Counted from the first letter of the stretch, positions 29,303-39,763 are shown. The stretch: DNA of 64,000 bases from Spirochaetota bacterium (GCA_963663865.1 OY760686.1:192001-256000); one strand, 5' to 3'. The notes: a model not told the origin generated them from the sequence alone. Translations and numbers: made by a program.

Positions 29303-29718
29303 ACAGTCCCCCGAAAAACCACTCTGTAAGTTGTGATAGTTTTTCACATTGAATAGATAATTCAACCGAATTATTTCGATTTATCCGGCTAACCAGTAGA
29401 GGGGTTGAAAAGCCCCTTGATTTTGACTTAGCACAGGAAGAGAATCACCTGCAAGCATTGGCCTGCGTTTAGATTTGCCCGCCCCCTTTCCTCCTGCCAG
29501 GACCATTTTTTGAAACTGAAGCTAATTAATGATGGAAATAAAACCTTTTGTGAGCTAAAATTATCGGATCAGAACTCAACGCTTAAAATGGCAAGAAGCT
29601 TATACTGACAGGAAACGGATTCATACTGAACAGGTATTGGGAAGCACATTTTCTGACTGAACAGCCGTTAGATAATGGGGCGAAGACAAAAAGACCTTGA
29701 CTTCTTTAGTATTTTATA

Positions 29719-29738
29719 ATTATCTTATTTAAGATAAT
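29719..29738 (+). promoter_or_regulatory. Perfect 9-2-9 palindrome, probable repressor operator
   Basis: ATTATCTTA-TT-TAAGATAAT overlapping a TATAAT at 29715-29720, about 70 bp before the CoADR-fusion start. Confidence 0.5.
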
Positions 29739-29807
29739 CAGCTTTTAATAAATTCATTGAATCTTATTTTTCAAGTTGATCTATATATTAAAACTCCGGA
29801 GGTCTTT

Positions 29808-32300
29808 ATGACAGGAAGAACCGTTATTGTTGGAGGGGTCGCGGGCGGCGCGAGCACAGCGGCCAGATTGAGACGTATTGATGAAAACGCGGAAATTATA
29901 ATGCTGGAGAGGGGCCCCTATGTCTCGTTCGCAAACTGCGGGCTCCCGTACTATGTAGGCAATGTTATTACCGAACAGAGCGCCCTTGAGCTGATGACAC
30001 CGGAGCTTTTTTTCAACCGATTCAAGGTCGATGTCAGAGTCAGCAACGAGGCTCTGAAAATAGACAGAGCGAAGAAGAAAATTGAGGTTCTTAACCACAG
30101 CACCGGGAAAAAGTACGAGCTTGAATATGACACTCTGGTGCTCTCGCCCGGAGCCTCCCCCATAAAACCGCCCATACCCGGCTCAAATGAAGTCGACCTG
30201 TTCACAGTGAGAACAATCCCTGACTCGGCGGAAATAAAGAAGTACATAGGCGGAAAGAACGTCAGGAGGGCTGTTGTAATAGGCGGAGGCTTCATCGGCA
30301 TAGAAATGGCTGAGAATATGCATCATCTTGGAATAAAAACCACGCTCGTTGAAGCTGCCGATCAGGTGATGCTTCCATTCGACCGCGAGATGGCCCAGTT
30401 CCTTCACCAGGAGATTCTGTTTAACGGAGTCGACCTCATCCTCGACGATCCCGTCGACTCGTTCGCCAGAATTGGCGGCGTTCAGACGGTAAAGACCAAA
30501 TCGGGCGTCCGGATTGAAACCGACATGATTATTCTGGCAATCGGCGTAAGCCCTGACACATCGCTTGCGAAGGACGCCGGACTTGAGCTCGGCCCCAGGG
30601 GGCACATTATAGTAAACGACCAGATGAAAACTTCCGACCCGTCAATATTCGCAGTCGGAGACGCGATACTGTCCAAAAACTTCATAACCGGAGACAGCAC
30701 GGCAGTGCCGCTTGCCGGCCCCGCCAACAGACAGGGCCGTGTCGCGGCTGACAATATCGCGGGAAGAAAATCATCCTTCAAGGGGATAATGGGGACCTCG
30801 GTGGTCAAGATTTTCGGACTCGGCGCTGCCTGCACCGGCCTCAACGAAAAGTCTCTCGCCCTCGCCGGGGATAAGGAGTATGAGAAGGTCTATATCCACC
30901 CCAATCAACACGCCGGATATTACCCCGGAGCAACGCCGCTTACAATTAAGCTTTTGTTCAACAAAAAGAGCGGCAGGGTCCTCGGGGCGCAGGCTATCGG
31001 GGCAAACGGCGCTGACAAGCGTATTGACGTAATATCGGCCCTCATTCAAAAGGGCGGCACAGTTTACGACATGGAAGAGATTGAGCTGGCTTACGCTCCG
31101 CCTTACGGATCTGCGAAAGACCCGGTCAACATGGCGGGCTTTGTAGCGGCCAACACCATCAAAGGCGATGTAAAAATAACGCACTGGTCAGAGGTCGCCG
31201 ACCTTCGCGAAAAGGGGGCCTTCTTTCTCGACACAAGGCAGCCGGAGGAATACGACCTCGGCCGCATTCAGGGATCAGTCAATATCCCCGACACGGAACT
31301 CAGACAGAGACTCGCGGAAGTCCCCAAGGACAAGACTGTTCTTGTCTACTGTCAGGTCGGCTTCAGAGGATACCTCGCCGCAAGGGTGCTTATGCAGAAC
31401 GGCTACAGCGATGTAAGAAACCTCACCGGAGGATTTAAGCTCTACCACATAGCGACCTCGCCTCTCTCAGCGTTCAGCCTCGGAGCCCAGGAGGTCACAT
31501 CAGAGAAAGAACAGATGCTCGGGCGCCCGCTTGACGACATTATTCATCCGTCAATACCGGCTGTCAAAGCGAGCCTTGACTGTTCAGGACTGCAGTGCCC
31601 AGGCCCGATCATGAAGCTTGCCGCGAAGATGAAGGAGCTGCCTCAGGGCTCAGAGCTGAGCATCTCTGCCACCGATCCGGGCTTCGCTTCAGACCTGCCG
31701 GCATGGTGCCGCAGCACCGGGAACGAGCTTGTGTTCCTCGAAAAACGGGGCGAGAAGTTCGAGGGAGCTGTCAGAAAAACGGGTGCAGCGCCCAGACAGG
31801 CGTCAGCCGCCGCGGGCCAGCTGCCCAACGACAAGGCAATCATTCTCTTCAGCGGCTCATTAGATAAGGCTCTCGCCGCGTTTATAATAGCTAACGGGGC
31901 CGCGGCGATGGGCAGAAATGTTACACTCTTCGCGACGTTCTGGGGGCTGAATGTTCTCAAGAAGGACAAGAAGCCGCGCGGCCTGAAGAAGAAGTTTATC
32001 GAGAAGATGTTCGGAAGAATGCTTCCGCGCGGTTCTAAAAAGCTCATTCTTTCTCAAATGCACATGCACGGAATGGGCACATCCATGATAAAGGGCATCA
32101 TGAAGAAGAAAAACGTCGACAGCCTTCCTATTATGATAGACGCGGCTATTAAGGCCGGCGTCAACATAGTCGCCTGCCAGATGAGCATGGACCTCATGGG
32201 CGTGAAGAAAGAGGAGCTGCTTGACGGCGTTCAGATAGGCGGAGTCGCCGCGTTCCTCGAAGCCGCTGAGCATTCAGATACGAGTTTGTTTGTGGGGTAA
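29808..32300 (+). CDS. CoA-disulfide/persulfide reductase-rhodanese-TusA-DsrE fusion protein
   Basis: GGVAGGAS, SFANCGLPY, YAPPYGSAKD, rhodanese YCQVGFRG, TusA LDCSGLQCPGP, DsrE-like FATFWGL and ACQMSMD. Confidence 0.9.
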   Translation: MTGRTVIVGGVAGGASTAARLRRIDENAEIIMLERGPYVSFANCGLPYYVGNVITEQSALELMTPELFFNRFKVDVRVSNEALKIDRAKKKIEVLNHSTGKKYELEYDTLVLSPGASPIKPPIPGSNEVDLFTVRTIPDSAEIKKYIGGKNVRRAVVIGGGFIGIEMAENMHHLGIKTTLVEAADQVMLPFDREMAQFLHQEILFNGVDLILDDPVDSFARIGGVQTVKTKSGVRIETDMIILAIGVSPDTSLAKDAGLELGPRGHIIVNDQMKTSDPSIFAVGDAILSKNFITGDSTAVPLAGPANRQGRVAADNIAGRKSSFKGIMGTSVVKIFGLGAACTGLNEKSLALAGDKEYEKVYIHPNQHAGYYPGATPLTIKLLFNKKSGRVLGAQAIGANGADKRIDVISALIQKGGTVYDMEEIELAYAPPYGSAKDPVNMAGFVAANTIKGDVKITHWSEVADLREKGAFFLDTRQPEEYDLGRIQGSVNIPDTELRQRLAEVPKDKTVLVYCQVGFRGYLAARVLMQNGYSDVRNLTGGFKLYHIATSPLSAFSLGAQEVTSEKEQMLGRPLDDIIHPSIPAVKASLDCSGLQCPGPIMKLAAKMKELPQGSELSISATDPGFASDLPAWCRSTGNELVFLEKRGEKFEGAVRKTGAAPRQASAAAGQLPNDKAIILFSGSLDKALAAFIIANGAAAMGRNVTLFATFWGLNVLKKDKKPRGLKKKFIEKMFGRMLPRGSKKLILSQMHMHGMGTSMIKGIMKKKNVDSLPIMIDAAIKAGVNIVACQMSMDLMGVKKEELLDGVQIGGVAAFLEAAEHSDTSLFVG

Positions 32301-32309
32301 AATACAGTA

Positions 32310-32338
32310 GGGGGCGGCTCTGGCTGCCCCTTTTTTTC
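32310..32338 (+). terminator. Intrinsic terminator
   Basis: GGGGCGGC..GCTGCCCC followed by T7. Confidence 0.7.
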
Positions 32339-32524
32339 TGTACCGTAAGATTAGCCCTACCCCGCTTCTGTGCAATTAATGAATATGCGGATATGGTTCC
32401 CTGTAAAACCTTGATAAAGCTTTAAAAAAGCAATTGCTCAAAAAGCTTCTTCATAATACCATAATTCAGCTTCCTTACAGTTTTTCTCCAACTACAATAT
32501 AAACTTACATCAGAGGCTATCTAC

Positions 32525-34003
32525 ATGTTCAGAAATATAAGCAATCACCATAATCAGTACATGAACCTCGCGGACGGTACATGGGCCGAAAGTCGTACCG
32601 GTAAATATCTTACCATAAATTCGCCTGTTGATGATTCAGTGATTGGAGGCGTGCCGGCGATGACGTCGGATGAGGTTGACTTCGCCGTTGCATCGGCAAA
32701 AGCCGCTCAGAAATTGTGGAAGAAAAATACCATAGATAAAAAGGCCGCAATACTTTACCGTGCGGCCGATATACTGCTGCAGCATAAAACAGAGATAGCT
32801 GAGCTTATGATGAGGGAAATTGCCAAGGACCGCAAAGGCAGCCTCTCCGAAATCGAGCGGACAGCTGACTTAATCCGTTTCACAGCGGACACCGGGAAAA
32901 ACATTTCCGGAGAAACCCTTCCGGGCGACAGTTTCCCCGGCGGCAAGAGCACAAAGATATCAATAGTCAAACGGGAGCCGCTTGGTGTCGTCCTTGCCAT
33001 ATCTCCGTTCAACTATCCGGTAAACCTTGCTGCGTCAAAAATTGCCCCGGCACTCATGGCTGGCAATTCTGTTGTCTTCAAGCCGGCGTCGCAGGGAAGT
33101 CTTTGCGGCCTCTATCTGGCGAGGGTCTTTCAGGAGGCCGGTGTGCCTGCCGGAGTTCTGAATACCGTAACAGGAAAAGGAAGCGAAATCGGAGACTATA
33201 TCACAACCCATAAAAACATCAACTTTATCAACTTTACCGGAAGCACCCCGGTCGGCACGCATATTTCCAGAATTACCAGTATGGTTCCCCTGCTGATGGA
33301 ACTCGGCGGGAAAGACGCGGCCATTGTCCTGGCTGATGCCGATCTGGATCTGGCGGCAGAGAATATTGTTGCCGGAGGATTCTCCTACTCGGGACAGCGC
33401 TGTACAGCTCTCAAGCGTGTGCTTGTTGTAAACGAAGCAGCAGACCGCCTCGTGGAAAAAATCAGCGCTAAAGTACGGAGTCTCACCGCCGGCAACCCGT
33501 TAGAGAGGGATGTCGATATCGTCCCATTGATTAATACAAAGGCAGCCGATTTTGTTATGGAGCTGATTGAAGATGCCAGAGCCAGAGGCGCGAAGTTAAT
33601 AACAGGCGGCACCCGTACCGGCAACCTGATTGAAGCCACATTGTTTGATAATGTCACAACAGAGATGCGGCTAGCCTGGGAGGAACCCTTCGGCCCGGTG
33701 CTTCCGGTTATTAGGGTAAAGGATAAGGATGAGGCTATAGAAATTGCCAATGCTTCTGAGTACGGCCTTCAGTCAGCCGTATTTACTGAAAATATTAACG
33801 GGGCCTTTTACGTTGCCGATAAACTTGAAGTCGGCACAGTGCAGGTTAACAACAAGACAGAAAGAGGACCGGACCACTTTCCGTTCCTTGGAGTAAAATC
33901 CTCAGGGATAGGGACTCAGGGAATAAGATATTCTATAGAGTCGATGTCGAGGCCGAAGGCGACAGTTATAAATCTGGCACATCAGGAAACAGACAAAGAA
34001 TAA
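32525..34003 (+). CDS. gapN: Non-phosphorylating NADP-dependent glyceraldehyde-3-phosphate dehydrogenase
   Basis: ISPFNYPVNL, FTGST, MELGGKD, FSYSGQRCTA, WEEPFGP, NNKTERGPDHFPFLG. Confidence 0.92.
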   Translation: MFRNISNHHNQYMNLADGTWAESRTGKYLTINSPVDDSVIGGVPAMTSDEVDFAVASAKAAQKLWKKNTIDKKAAILYRAADILLQHKTEIAELMMREIAKDRKGSLSEIERTADLIRFTADTGKNISGETLPGDSFPGGKSTKISIVKREPLGVVLAISPFNYPVNLAASKIAPALMAGNSVVFKPASQGSLCGLYLARVFQEAGVPAGVLNTVTGKGSEIGDYITTHKNINFINFTGSTPVGTHISRITSMVPLLMELGGKDAAIVLADADLDLAAENIVAGGFSYSGQRCTALKRVLVVNEAADRLVEKISAKVRSLTAGNPLERDVDIVPLINTKAADFVMELIEDARARGAKLITGGTRTGNLIEATLFDNVTTEMRLAWEEPFGPVLPVIRVKDKDEAIEIANASEYGLQSAVFTENINGAFYVADKLEVGTVQVNNKTERGPDHFPFLGVKSSGIGTQGIRYSIESMSRPKATVINLAHQETDKE

Positions 34004-34086
34004 ATGTCCAACATCAGCACTGAACTTCTACGTTAATGAAGTCTTAAATGATACTCTCCATGTTATCTACTTATCAGGAGTTTACC

Positions 34087-34437
34087 ATGGCCAGTAAGTA
34101 CTGTGTAAATTGCGACCGCGTTGTTGAAGCAAAAAGGATTGTTGGAGCCGGGTCATTAATCATGGTTCTCTGTACTCTCGGCTGGTGGATTCTGGCTATA
34201 CCGTTTTACTCGAAAAGATGTCCTATCTGTAAAGGGACGTCTTTTGGAGAAAAGACGATACAGCAGGTTGAAGCCGAAGCGACTTTGCCGCAAGCAGTCA
34301 CTGCTTCGACAGAGCCTGATCCGCTGGAGAAGCTTCAAAAACTTCAGGAACTTAAAAATGCCGGGACTATAACAACCGATGAGTTTAACGAGTACAAAAA
34401 CAGAATTCTGGCATCGGTTAAAGTGAACACGCTTTGA
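34087..34437 (+). CDS. Zinc-ribbon/TM protein with a C-terminal SHOCT domain
   Basis: CVNC..hydrophobic stretch..CPIC; LEKLQKLQELKNAGTITTDEFNEYKNRIL. Confidence 0.75.
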   Translation: MASKYCVNCDRVVEAKRIVGAGSLIMVLCTLGWWILAIPFYSKRCPICKGTSFGEKTIQQVEAEATLPQAVTASTEPDPLEKLQKLQELKNAGTITTDEFNEYKNRILASVKVNTL

Positions 34438-34575
34438 GCCGGCGGAACGCTGAAGAGCTTACATAAACAACCAGCGGATAATAGCTTAAAAAAACAAAAC
34501 TTTAAAGTCTAACTTCAAAATAAATTTTTTAATTAATTATCAATCATACCATGACAGATTCTGTCTGGGGGGATT

Positions 34576-35259
34576 ATGAACAGGCAAGCAAGTAAAGCAT
34601 CAACAGTAATTGAGATGAGAAGACAAATCAACTCGGATTACATGGACATGCTTATAGACCTTAACAGGGAACTCCAGAGCTGCCAAAACGAAATAAAGAA
34701 ACTCGTTGCTAAATCCATTGAATATGAAATGGGTATAGAAGCAAGTGACCGATGGCTGGCGGCAGACAGACGCAATGACACAGAGGGCTTTGAGTCCGCC
34801 TCAAGAACGATTGGCAACCTGAATAAACTTGAAAAAGATTTTACCTGTCTCCTCAAAAATTCGCGCAGCAGCTTTTCAGGCTTTACCCTTAAGAAAAGAA
34901 CAAAGCCATGTAACTATCTTCTTGCCGCAAAAACAAGTCCACTTCCCAAAAAAGATACTGCCAGACCCAAAAGAGGCAAGGTAATTGCCGTAGATTTCAA
35001 AGGTAGAGAGAGCGCCATCATAGACCTGACACGCAATTATCTGAATGACATAGAATCCCGCATATACATGTCAGCGATAAATCTTGCCTGTTCAAGTGCA
35101 TGGCGTGAGTGGAACGAAAGCATGCCTGCCGGATCTATAGTTGACTTTGCTCCGGAGGCCCTATTTAATACCGGAGATGAGAATGTTACCTGTCTGATGA
35201 AACTCTGGGAGATTGTAACTGCCTGCATTGACAATTTTGACCACCGGACTGATTTGTGA
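34576..35259 (+). CDS. Hypothetical protein
   Basis: 227-codon ORF with GGGGGA RBS; no family recognised. Confidence 0.5.
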   Translation: MNRQASKASTVIEMRRQINSDYMDMLIDLNRELQSCQNEIKKLVAKSIEYEMGIEASDRWLAADRRNDTEGFESASRTIGNLNKLEKDFTCLLKNSRSSFSGFTLKKRTKPCNYLLAAKTSPLPKKDTARPKRGKVIAVDFKGRESAIIDLTRNYLNDIESRIYMSAINLACSSAWREWNESMPAGSIVDFAPEALFNTGDENVTCLMKLWEIVTACIDNFDHRTDL

Positions 35260-35340
35260 TAATACAGAAACCGGCAGTTGAGCAATATGAGCATCTGAGA
35301 CACCATTCTAAACCATATGGGAAATGAGTGACATCAACAC

Positions 35341-35742
35341 ATGAGATACCTGGGCTTAATACAATGCAAAAAATGCAACTACAGGAAGATGTTCACTCTC
35401 GGCATTGGCTTTATGGATTCAAGTATTGAGAACATCCTTGATTCGACTATAAGATCCAGGCAATCACGTGAATGCATCAAAAGAATTCTGAAAGATGAAA
35501 CAGTAAATAACATAGACTATTCCCGTGTGATTATGCGCTGTGAAAGATGCAACAGGCTTTACGCGCGGTTATCTCTCAAAATTGAGCATCAGAGTGGAAC
35601 ATATATCCAGCTGTACAGATGTCCAAAATGCAAAGGACAGTTGAATGAGCTTCCAGAGTGTAAAAATAATACAAAAGAAGTACCTTGCCCTGATTGCGGC
35701 AAACCAGCCCTTGTGATAGAGGATTGCGGGTTTTGGGATTAG
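35341..35742 (+). CDS. Hypothetical zinc-finger protein (four CxxC)
   Basis: CKKC, CERC, CPKC, CPDC. Confidence 0.65.
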   Translation: MRYLGLIQCKKCNYRKMFTLGIGFMDSSIENILDSTIRSRQSRECIKRILKDETVNNIDYSRVIMRCERCNRLYARLSLKIEHQSGTYIQLYRCPKCKGQLNELPECKNNTKEVPCPDCGKPALVIEDCGFWD

Positions 35743-36199
35743 GTTAAATAAAATGCTTTCCTTTTACTGCCGGTGAGATATGAGTTTGTTAACATCCGCA
35801 TTCGTGGCATGATGGAGCGGAGAAGAGTATTCTACAGCTGATGAACTGAATAGGAAGGAAGAAGTCGTTTATTGACGTAAATCTTGAGAGCTATTCTGTA
35901 TCTGTCGGCATTGAGAATGACTGCAATACCTGTGCAATTCTTGATGTCAAACGCGAACCGGGATTAAGTTCATGTTGATCTGTCAGTCTAAGCTGTATCG
36001 GAAAAGTGTTCCTGATATTGATCTGAGATTTAATGGTGATAGGGATATTGAGCTTTTGAATCTAGGGAGCTTTTCGGAGAAGTATGAGGTTGGGAATGTG
36101 GCAGAAAGTTAGAAGAATAAAATGTTAATCCAGGATTAGTAATATGCCATTGCCCCGCCCCCTGTGGGAATAAAAATTCATTTTTAAAGGAGGAAAGGT

Positions 36200-36679
36200 A
36201 TGTTGAAAAAAATCGCTATGGTCGTTTTGCTAATTACGTTTTCGGGGCTCTCAATTGCAGCAGATACCGTTAAGAAAGATAACGGCAATCAGCCATGGGT
36301 GGTCGACATCGAAAATCTGACAGTAAAAAATGAAAATTTCCGCTCCTCGCAGTGGACGGGTAGCAACCTTCAGATGACCGTCATGTCGCTTAAGCCAGGT
36401 GAGGAGATAGGATTAGAGAAGCATGACAAGAACGATCAGTTCATCCGTGTTGAAAAAGGGAATGCCCGTGTTGTGATGGGCGTTTCGAAAGATAAAATGA
36501 CTTTCGACAAAAAAGTTTCAGATGATTGGGCCATTTTTATCCCAGCCGGTTTCTGGCACAATATTATCAACGAAGGGGATAAACCGCTCAAGGTTTACGT
36601 TATTTATGCTCCTCCGGAGCACCCCGCTGGAACATTGCACAAAACTTTCAAGGAATCGGAAGCCGCTCATGGTCATTGA
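36200..36679 (+). CDS. Secreted cupin domain protein
   Basis: Signal peptide; QMTVMSLKPGEEIGLEKH..DQF, IPAGFWHNI, YAPPEH; RBS AGGAGG. Confidence 0.88.
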   Translation: MLKKIAMVVLLITFSGLSIAADTVKKDNGNQPWVVDIENLTVKNENFRSSQWTGSNLQMTVMSLKPGEEIGLEKHDKNDQFIRVEKGNARVVMGVSKDKMTFDKKVSDDWAIFIPAGFWHNIINEGDKPLKVYVIYAPPEHPAGTLHKTFKESEAAHGH

Positions 36680-36808
36680 CCGGAGAGGAGAGGACAGCCA
36701 TTGAGGAAAAGCACAGGCAGTATTCTTAATTTTTTTGCTGAGATGTCATAAATATTAATCTGAGGGTAATAACTGTTCAAATATTCGAATTTCCATGAGG
36801 CCACATCT

Positions 36809-37219
36809 ATGAGCAAAAACTCAATATTTAAGATGATCTGTTACATGAACGATTACACCCTGTGGGATGAGACGATTCATGATAACGTGCTCAGGTTTCA
36901 TAAATCGTATTCGATCTATCCCAACATCATGCTTGCATCAAAGAATACATGGGATAAAATAGATGAATTCGCCAATCTCCTTCATCCGGATTCCATTATA
37001 GATTCTGATGATTATATCTTCGACGAAGACATGGACGACCACGCGATTAAGCCCATCTCTTCCTTTGAGTCAGATGACTATACTCTTCATTTCTGTGTCG
37101 ATGAAAAGGCGAATGAGAATTACTTTTTTCTGGTCTTCGATGAAACTCCAATTTTTGACGGTGAACCATACGAATATGATGACGGAGAAGATGCAGTGAT
37201 TTATAGAAGAATAGCCTGA
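36809..37219 (+). CDS. Acidic hypothetical protein
   Basis: 136-codon ORF with GAGG RBS. Confidence 0.55.
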   Translation: MSKNSIFKMICYMNDYTLWDETIHDNVLRFHKSYSIYPNIMLASKNTWDKIDEFANLLHPDSIIDSDDYIFDEDMDDHAIKPISSFESDDYTLHFCVDEKANENYFFLVFDETPIFDGEPYEYDDGEDAVIYRRIA

Positions 37220-37267
37220 GTTGTTCTTGTAGCCTTTTTTAATAGATTTTTATTTAACGGAGATGAT

Positions 37268-37660
37268 ATGAAACTAGAAGGATTTGGGATATTTGTAAAG
37301 GATATGCCCGTGATGGTTCGTTTTTACAGAGACGTGTTAGGATTTGATATTAAAGAAGATGAAAATACAACCAATGTTTATTTGGTAAAAGACGGAACGC
37401 TGTTCCTGCTTTATAGAAGAACTGATTTCGAAAAAATGGTAAATCATGGTTTTGAGTATGTGAAAAACCTAAACGGTCATTCTGAAATAGCTTTAAGTGT
37501 TGAAAATTATAGTGCTGTCGATAGAACATTTAATGAAGTAATTGGGAAAGGGGCTGTATCAGTTCTGGAACCAACAACAGAATCCTGGGGTCAACGGACA
37601 TGCTATATCGCAGACCCTGAAGGGAATTTAATTGAAATAGGATCATTCCAAAAGGATTGA
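37268..37660 (+). CDS. VOC/glyoxalase family protein
   Basis: GIFVKDM..MVRFYRDVLG...WGQRTCYIADPEGNLIEI. Confidence 0.9.
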   Translation: MKLEGFGIFVKDMPVMVRFYRDVLGFDIKEDENTTNVYLVKDGTLFLLYRRTDFEKMVNHGFEYVKNLNGHSEIALSVENYSAVDRTFNEVIGKGAVSVLEPTTESWGQRTCYIADPEGNLIEIGSFQKD

Positions 37661-37669
37661 ACGATTAAA

Positions 37670-37834
37670 ATGGGAACGACGCCTCAGTTTATAGAATTTG
37701 TTATCGATCAGATTGATCATCGTTGGAACAAAAGATACAGAAAGATGTTCGGTGAATATATGGTTTATGTAAATGATAAGCCAATACTGCTTGTATGTGA
37801 TAATACCGTTTATGCAAAAAGGGCTTCTCTGTAG
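37670..37834 (+). pseudogene. Truncated TfoX/Sxy N-terminal domain gene (54 aa, not in the ORF track)
   Basis: MGTTPQFIEFVIDQI...YRKMFGEYMVYVNDKPILLVCDNTVYAK followed by an early stop. Confidence 0.7.
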
Positions 37835-37953
37835 AGAGTTTTGAAACTGAACCTTCTACGGAAGGCAATGGATCAAAAAACGGGGATATGTTTCTGATTT
37901 TTGGAAAACTAAGATTTGGGAAAATTCTGGGTGATTAACCAGTCGAGCAATAT

Positions 37954-38568
37954 CTATGAACTTTTTAATCCGTTTTCGATAATTTTATGTAATTTCGTTG
38001 AATCTGCTAATTGGACGCAGTCAATTGATGCCTGGATATATTCATTAGGAGCTGCAACTGAATAATCAATAAATTCATACCCATTATATGTTGAAATCAT
38101 ATCAAAGAAAAGCCGTGTTATTCTCCCATTTAGTTCATAAAATGGATGGAGTGCAATTAACTCGCCTTGATAATATGCTAACTTTTTTGAAAATTCAATT
38201 CTATTTCGAGAATTAAAACTACGTAAATAGTTATCTTTTTCAAGATTCGAAAATATTATTTGAGAATTCCTTTTTACAAATGCCCCCTGACAAAATCGGC
38301 TATTCCCTTTAGTCATATTGAAGGTTCTGTATTCCCCTGCCCATTCATACAGAGATTCAAATGTTCTTTTATGCATCGATTTGAAATAATTTTCATCGAA
38401 GATGGTGTCTTCTTCAAGTTCATCATAAAATATCAGATACGCATCTTCCAGAAGAGTGCGTTCTAATTCATGAATTTCGTCAGGATCGGTTATGTCTAAT
38501 TTATTTTTGGGAATGCTTGTGCCGGGGAGGTAGATTGAACTACTTACCAGATGATACTTTGATTCCAT
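37954..38568 (-). CDS. Fic/DOC family toxin (class I)
   Basis: PKNKLDITD, HKRTFESLYEWAGEYRT, HPFYELNGRITR. Confidence 0.9.
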   Translation of the reverse strand: MESKYHLVSSSIYLPGTSIPKNKLDITDPDEIHELERTLLEDAYLIFYDELEEDTIFDENYFKSMHKRTFESLYEWAGEYRTFNMTKGNSRFCQGAFVKRNSQIIFSNLEKDNYLRSFNSRNRIEFSKKLAYYQGELIALHPFYELNGRITRLFFDMISTYNGYEFIDYSVAAPNEYIQASIDCVQLADSTKLHKIIENGLKSS

Positions 38569-38692
38569 GCTCTTTTTTTAATTTTATAATTTTATCTTGA
38601 ACCGGTTTGTCAGCAACAATATACCCTTCAATTGCTTGAGTTGTCCTTATAGTCTTTTTTAATAATTTTTTATTAATTGGTTTTTTATTCAT
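38540..38692 (-). CDS. Fic antitoxin (VbhA/FicA-like), 50 aa, not in the ORF track
   Basis: MNKKPINKKLLKKTIRTTQAIEGYIVADKPVQDKIIKLKKEHGIKVSSGK*; carries the (S/T)xxxE(G/N) motif as TQAIEG; overlaps the Fic start. Confidence 0.75.
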   Translation of the reverse strand: MNKKPINKKLLKKTIRTTQAIEGYIVADKPVQDKIIKLKKEHGIKVSSGK

Positions 38693-38774
38693 ATTTTCTA
38701 ACCCACTTATATCTCAATAATAAGCAGCATTTGACAATTGTCAAGATATAATCATATTCTGGAAAAATTGGTGT

Positions 38775-39707
38775 TCACTCCCCATATACCGCGGCAAGCT
38801 CACTAATTCTGCGCTTCATTTCAGTGCGGACATGCAGCGGTTCCAGACACTCGCATCTGCTCCCGAAGCTGAGAAGAATATTGTAGTAGTAGTCGTTCTC
38901 TATAAAAGGGAAATTAACAATGTAGTGCCCGTCACCATCCTGCGAAAAATCTTCATAGGAACAGTAATCGAGAACGGTATCCATGACAGAGCGGTGAATA
39001 CGGATCTTGATGGTGGTCTGCATGCTTGTCAGAACATCAGAGATGTCGAGCTGGGGTTTCTGATATTCACGCGGACTAAAGGATTCCTCTTCTATTTGCA
39101 GGTTTGATATGCGGGAGAGCTTGAAGAGGCGGAAGTCGTTTCGCGTACGGCAGTATCCCTGCCAGTACCAGTGACTGCTTTTCAGTACAAGCTGATACGG
39201 CTCGGCAGTACGAGAGGTCCTGTTCCCGTGGCGGTCGGTATAGTCGAATGAAAGAAGCCGATATCCCCCCAAAGCCGTTTTGATAATTTCCAGATACGGC
39301 TGAATGTTCCTGTTGCCCATCCATGGATGCAGATCAATATGTATCTGGTTCACCTTCAGTTCAATGTCATTGGACCTCTCGGCGGGGATGAGACTCTTAA
39401 CCTTCGCGAGGGCGTTTGCCAGCTCGTCGCCACGCATAACGCTGGATAGGCCGGAAAGCCCTGTCAGGATAGCGGAGAGGTCGGCGGATGAAAAGACATT
39501 CCTGTCAATCTTGTATCCCGGCATGATCTCAAAGCCGCCGCCGACTCCCGGAGTTGAACGGACGGGAATCCCGGCCATGTTGATGGAGTCAATGTCGCGG
39601 TAGATGGTCCGCGGTGAAACCTCAAACTTATCCGCCAGCTCATGCGCGCTGATACGCTTTTTGTCGAGAAGTATCATGATGATGCTGACAAGCCTGTCGA
39701 TCTTCAT
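38775..39707 (-). CDS. YafY-like HTH-WYL transcriptional regulator
   Basis: MKIDRLVSII, FEVSPRTIYRDI, EPYQL..KSSHWY, RNDFRLFKLSRI. Confidence 0.9.
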   Translation of the reverse strand: MKIDRLVSIIMILLDKKRISAHELADKFEVSPRTIYRDIDSINMAGIPVRSTPGVGGGFEIMPGYKIDRNVFSSADLSAILTGLSGLSSVMRGDELANALAKVKSLIPAERSNDIELKVNQIHIDLHPWMGNRNIQPYLEIIKTALGGYRLLSFDYTDRHGNRTSRTAEPYQLVLKSSHWYWQGYCRTRNDFRLFKLSRISNLQIEEESFSPREYQKPQLDISDVLTSMQTTIKIRIHRSVMDTVLDYCSYEDFSQDGDGHYIVNFPFIENDYYYNILLSFGSRCECLEPLHVRTEMKRRISELAAVYGE

Positions 39708-39763
39708 GTTATACCCCCCGTGTGAAATTGCTGCCGCTGCGCTGGAGGCTCCTTCAGCCTGCA

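Noticed and set aside
29697-29720. Canonical sigma70 promoter TTGACT..TATAAT
   Set aside because: Spacer is only 12 bp; only the operator palindrome is reported
20464-33750. Numerous 60-240 aa ORFs antisense to or nested in GH78, GH3, CoADR and gapN
   Set aside because: Shadow ORFs of GC-rich coding sequence, with no motifs or RBS
35743-36199. Possible ncRNA or gene in a 450-bp gap
   Set aside because: No ORF of 60 aa or more and no recognisable structure; probably decayed sequence
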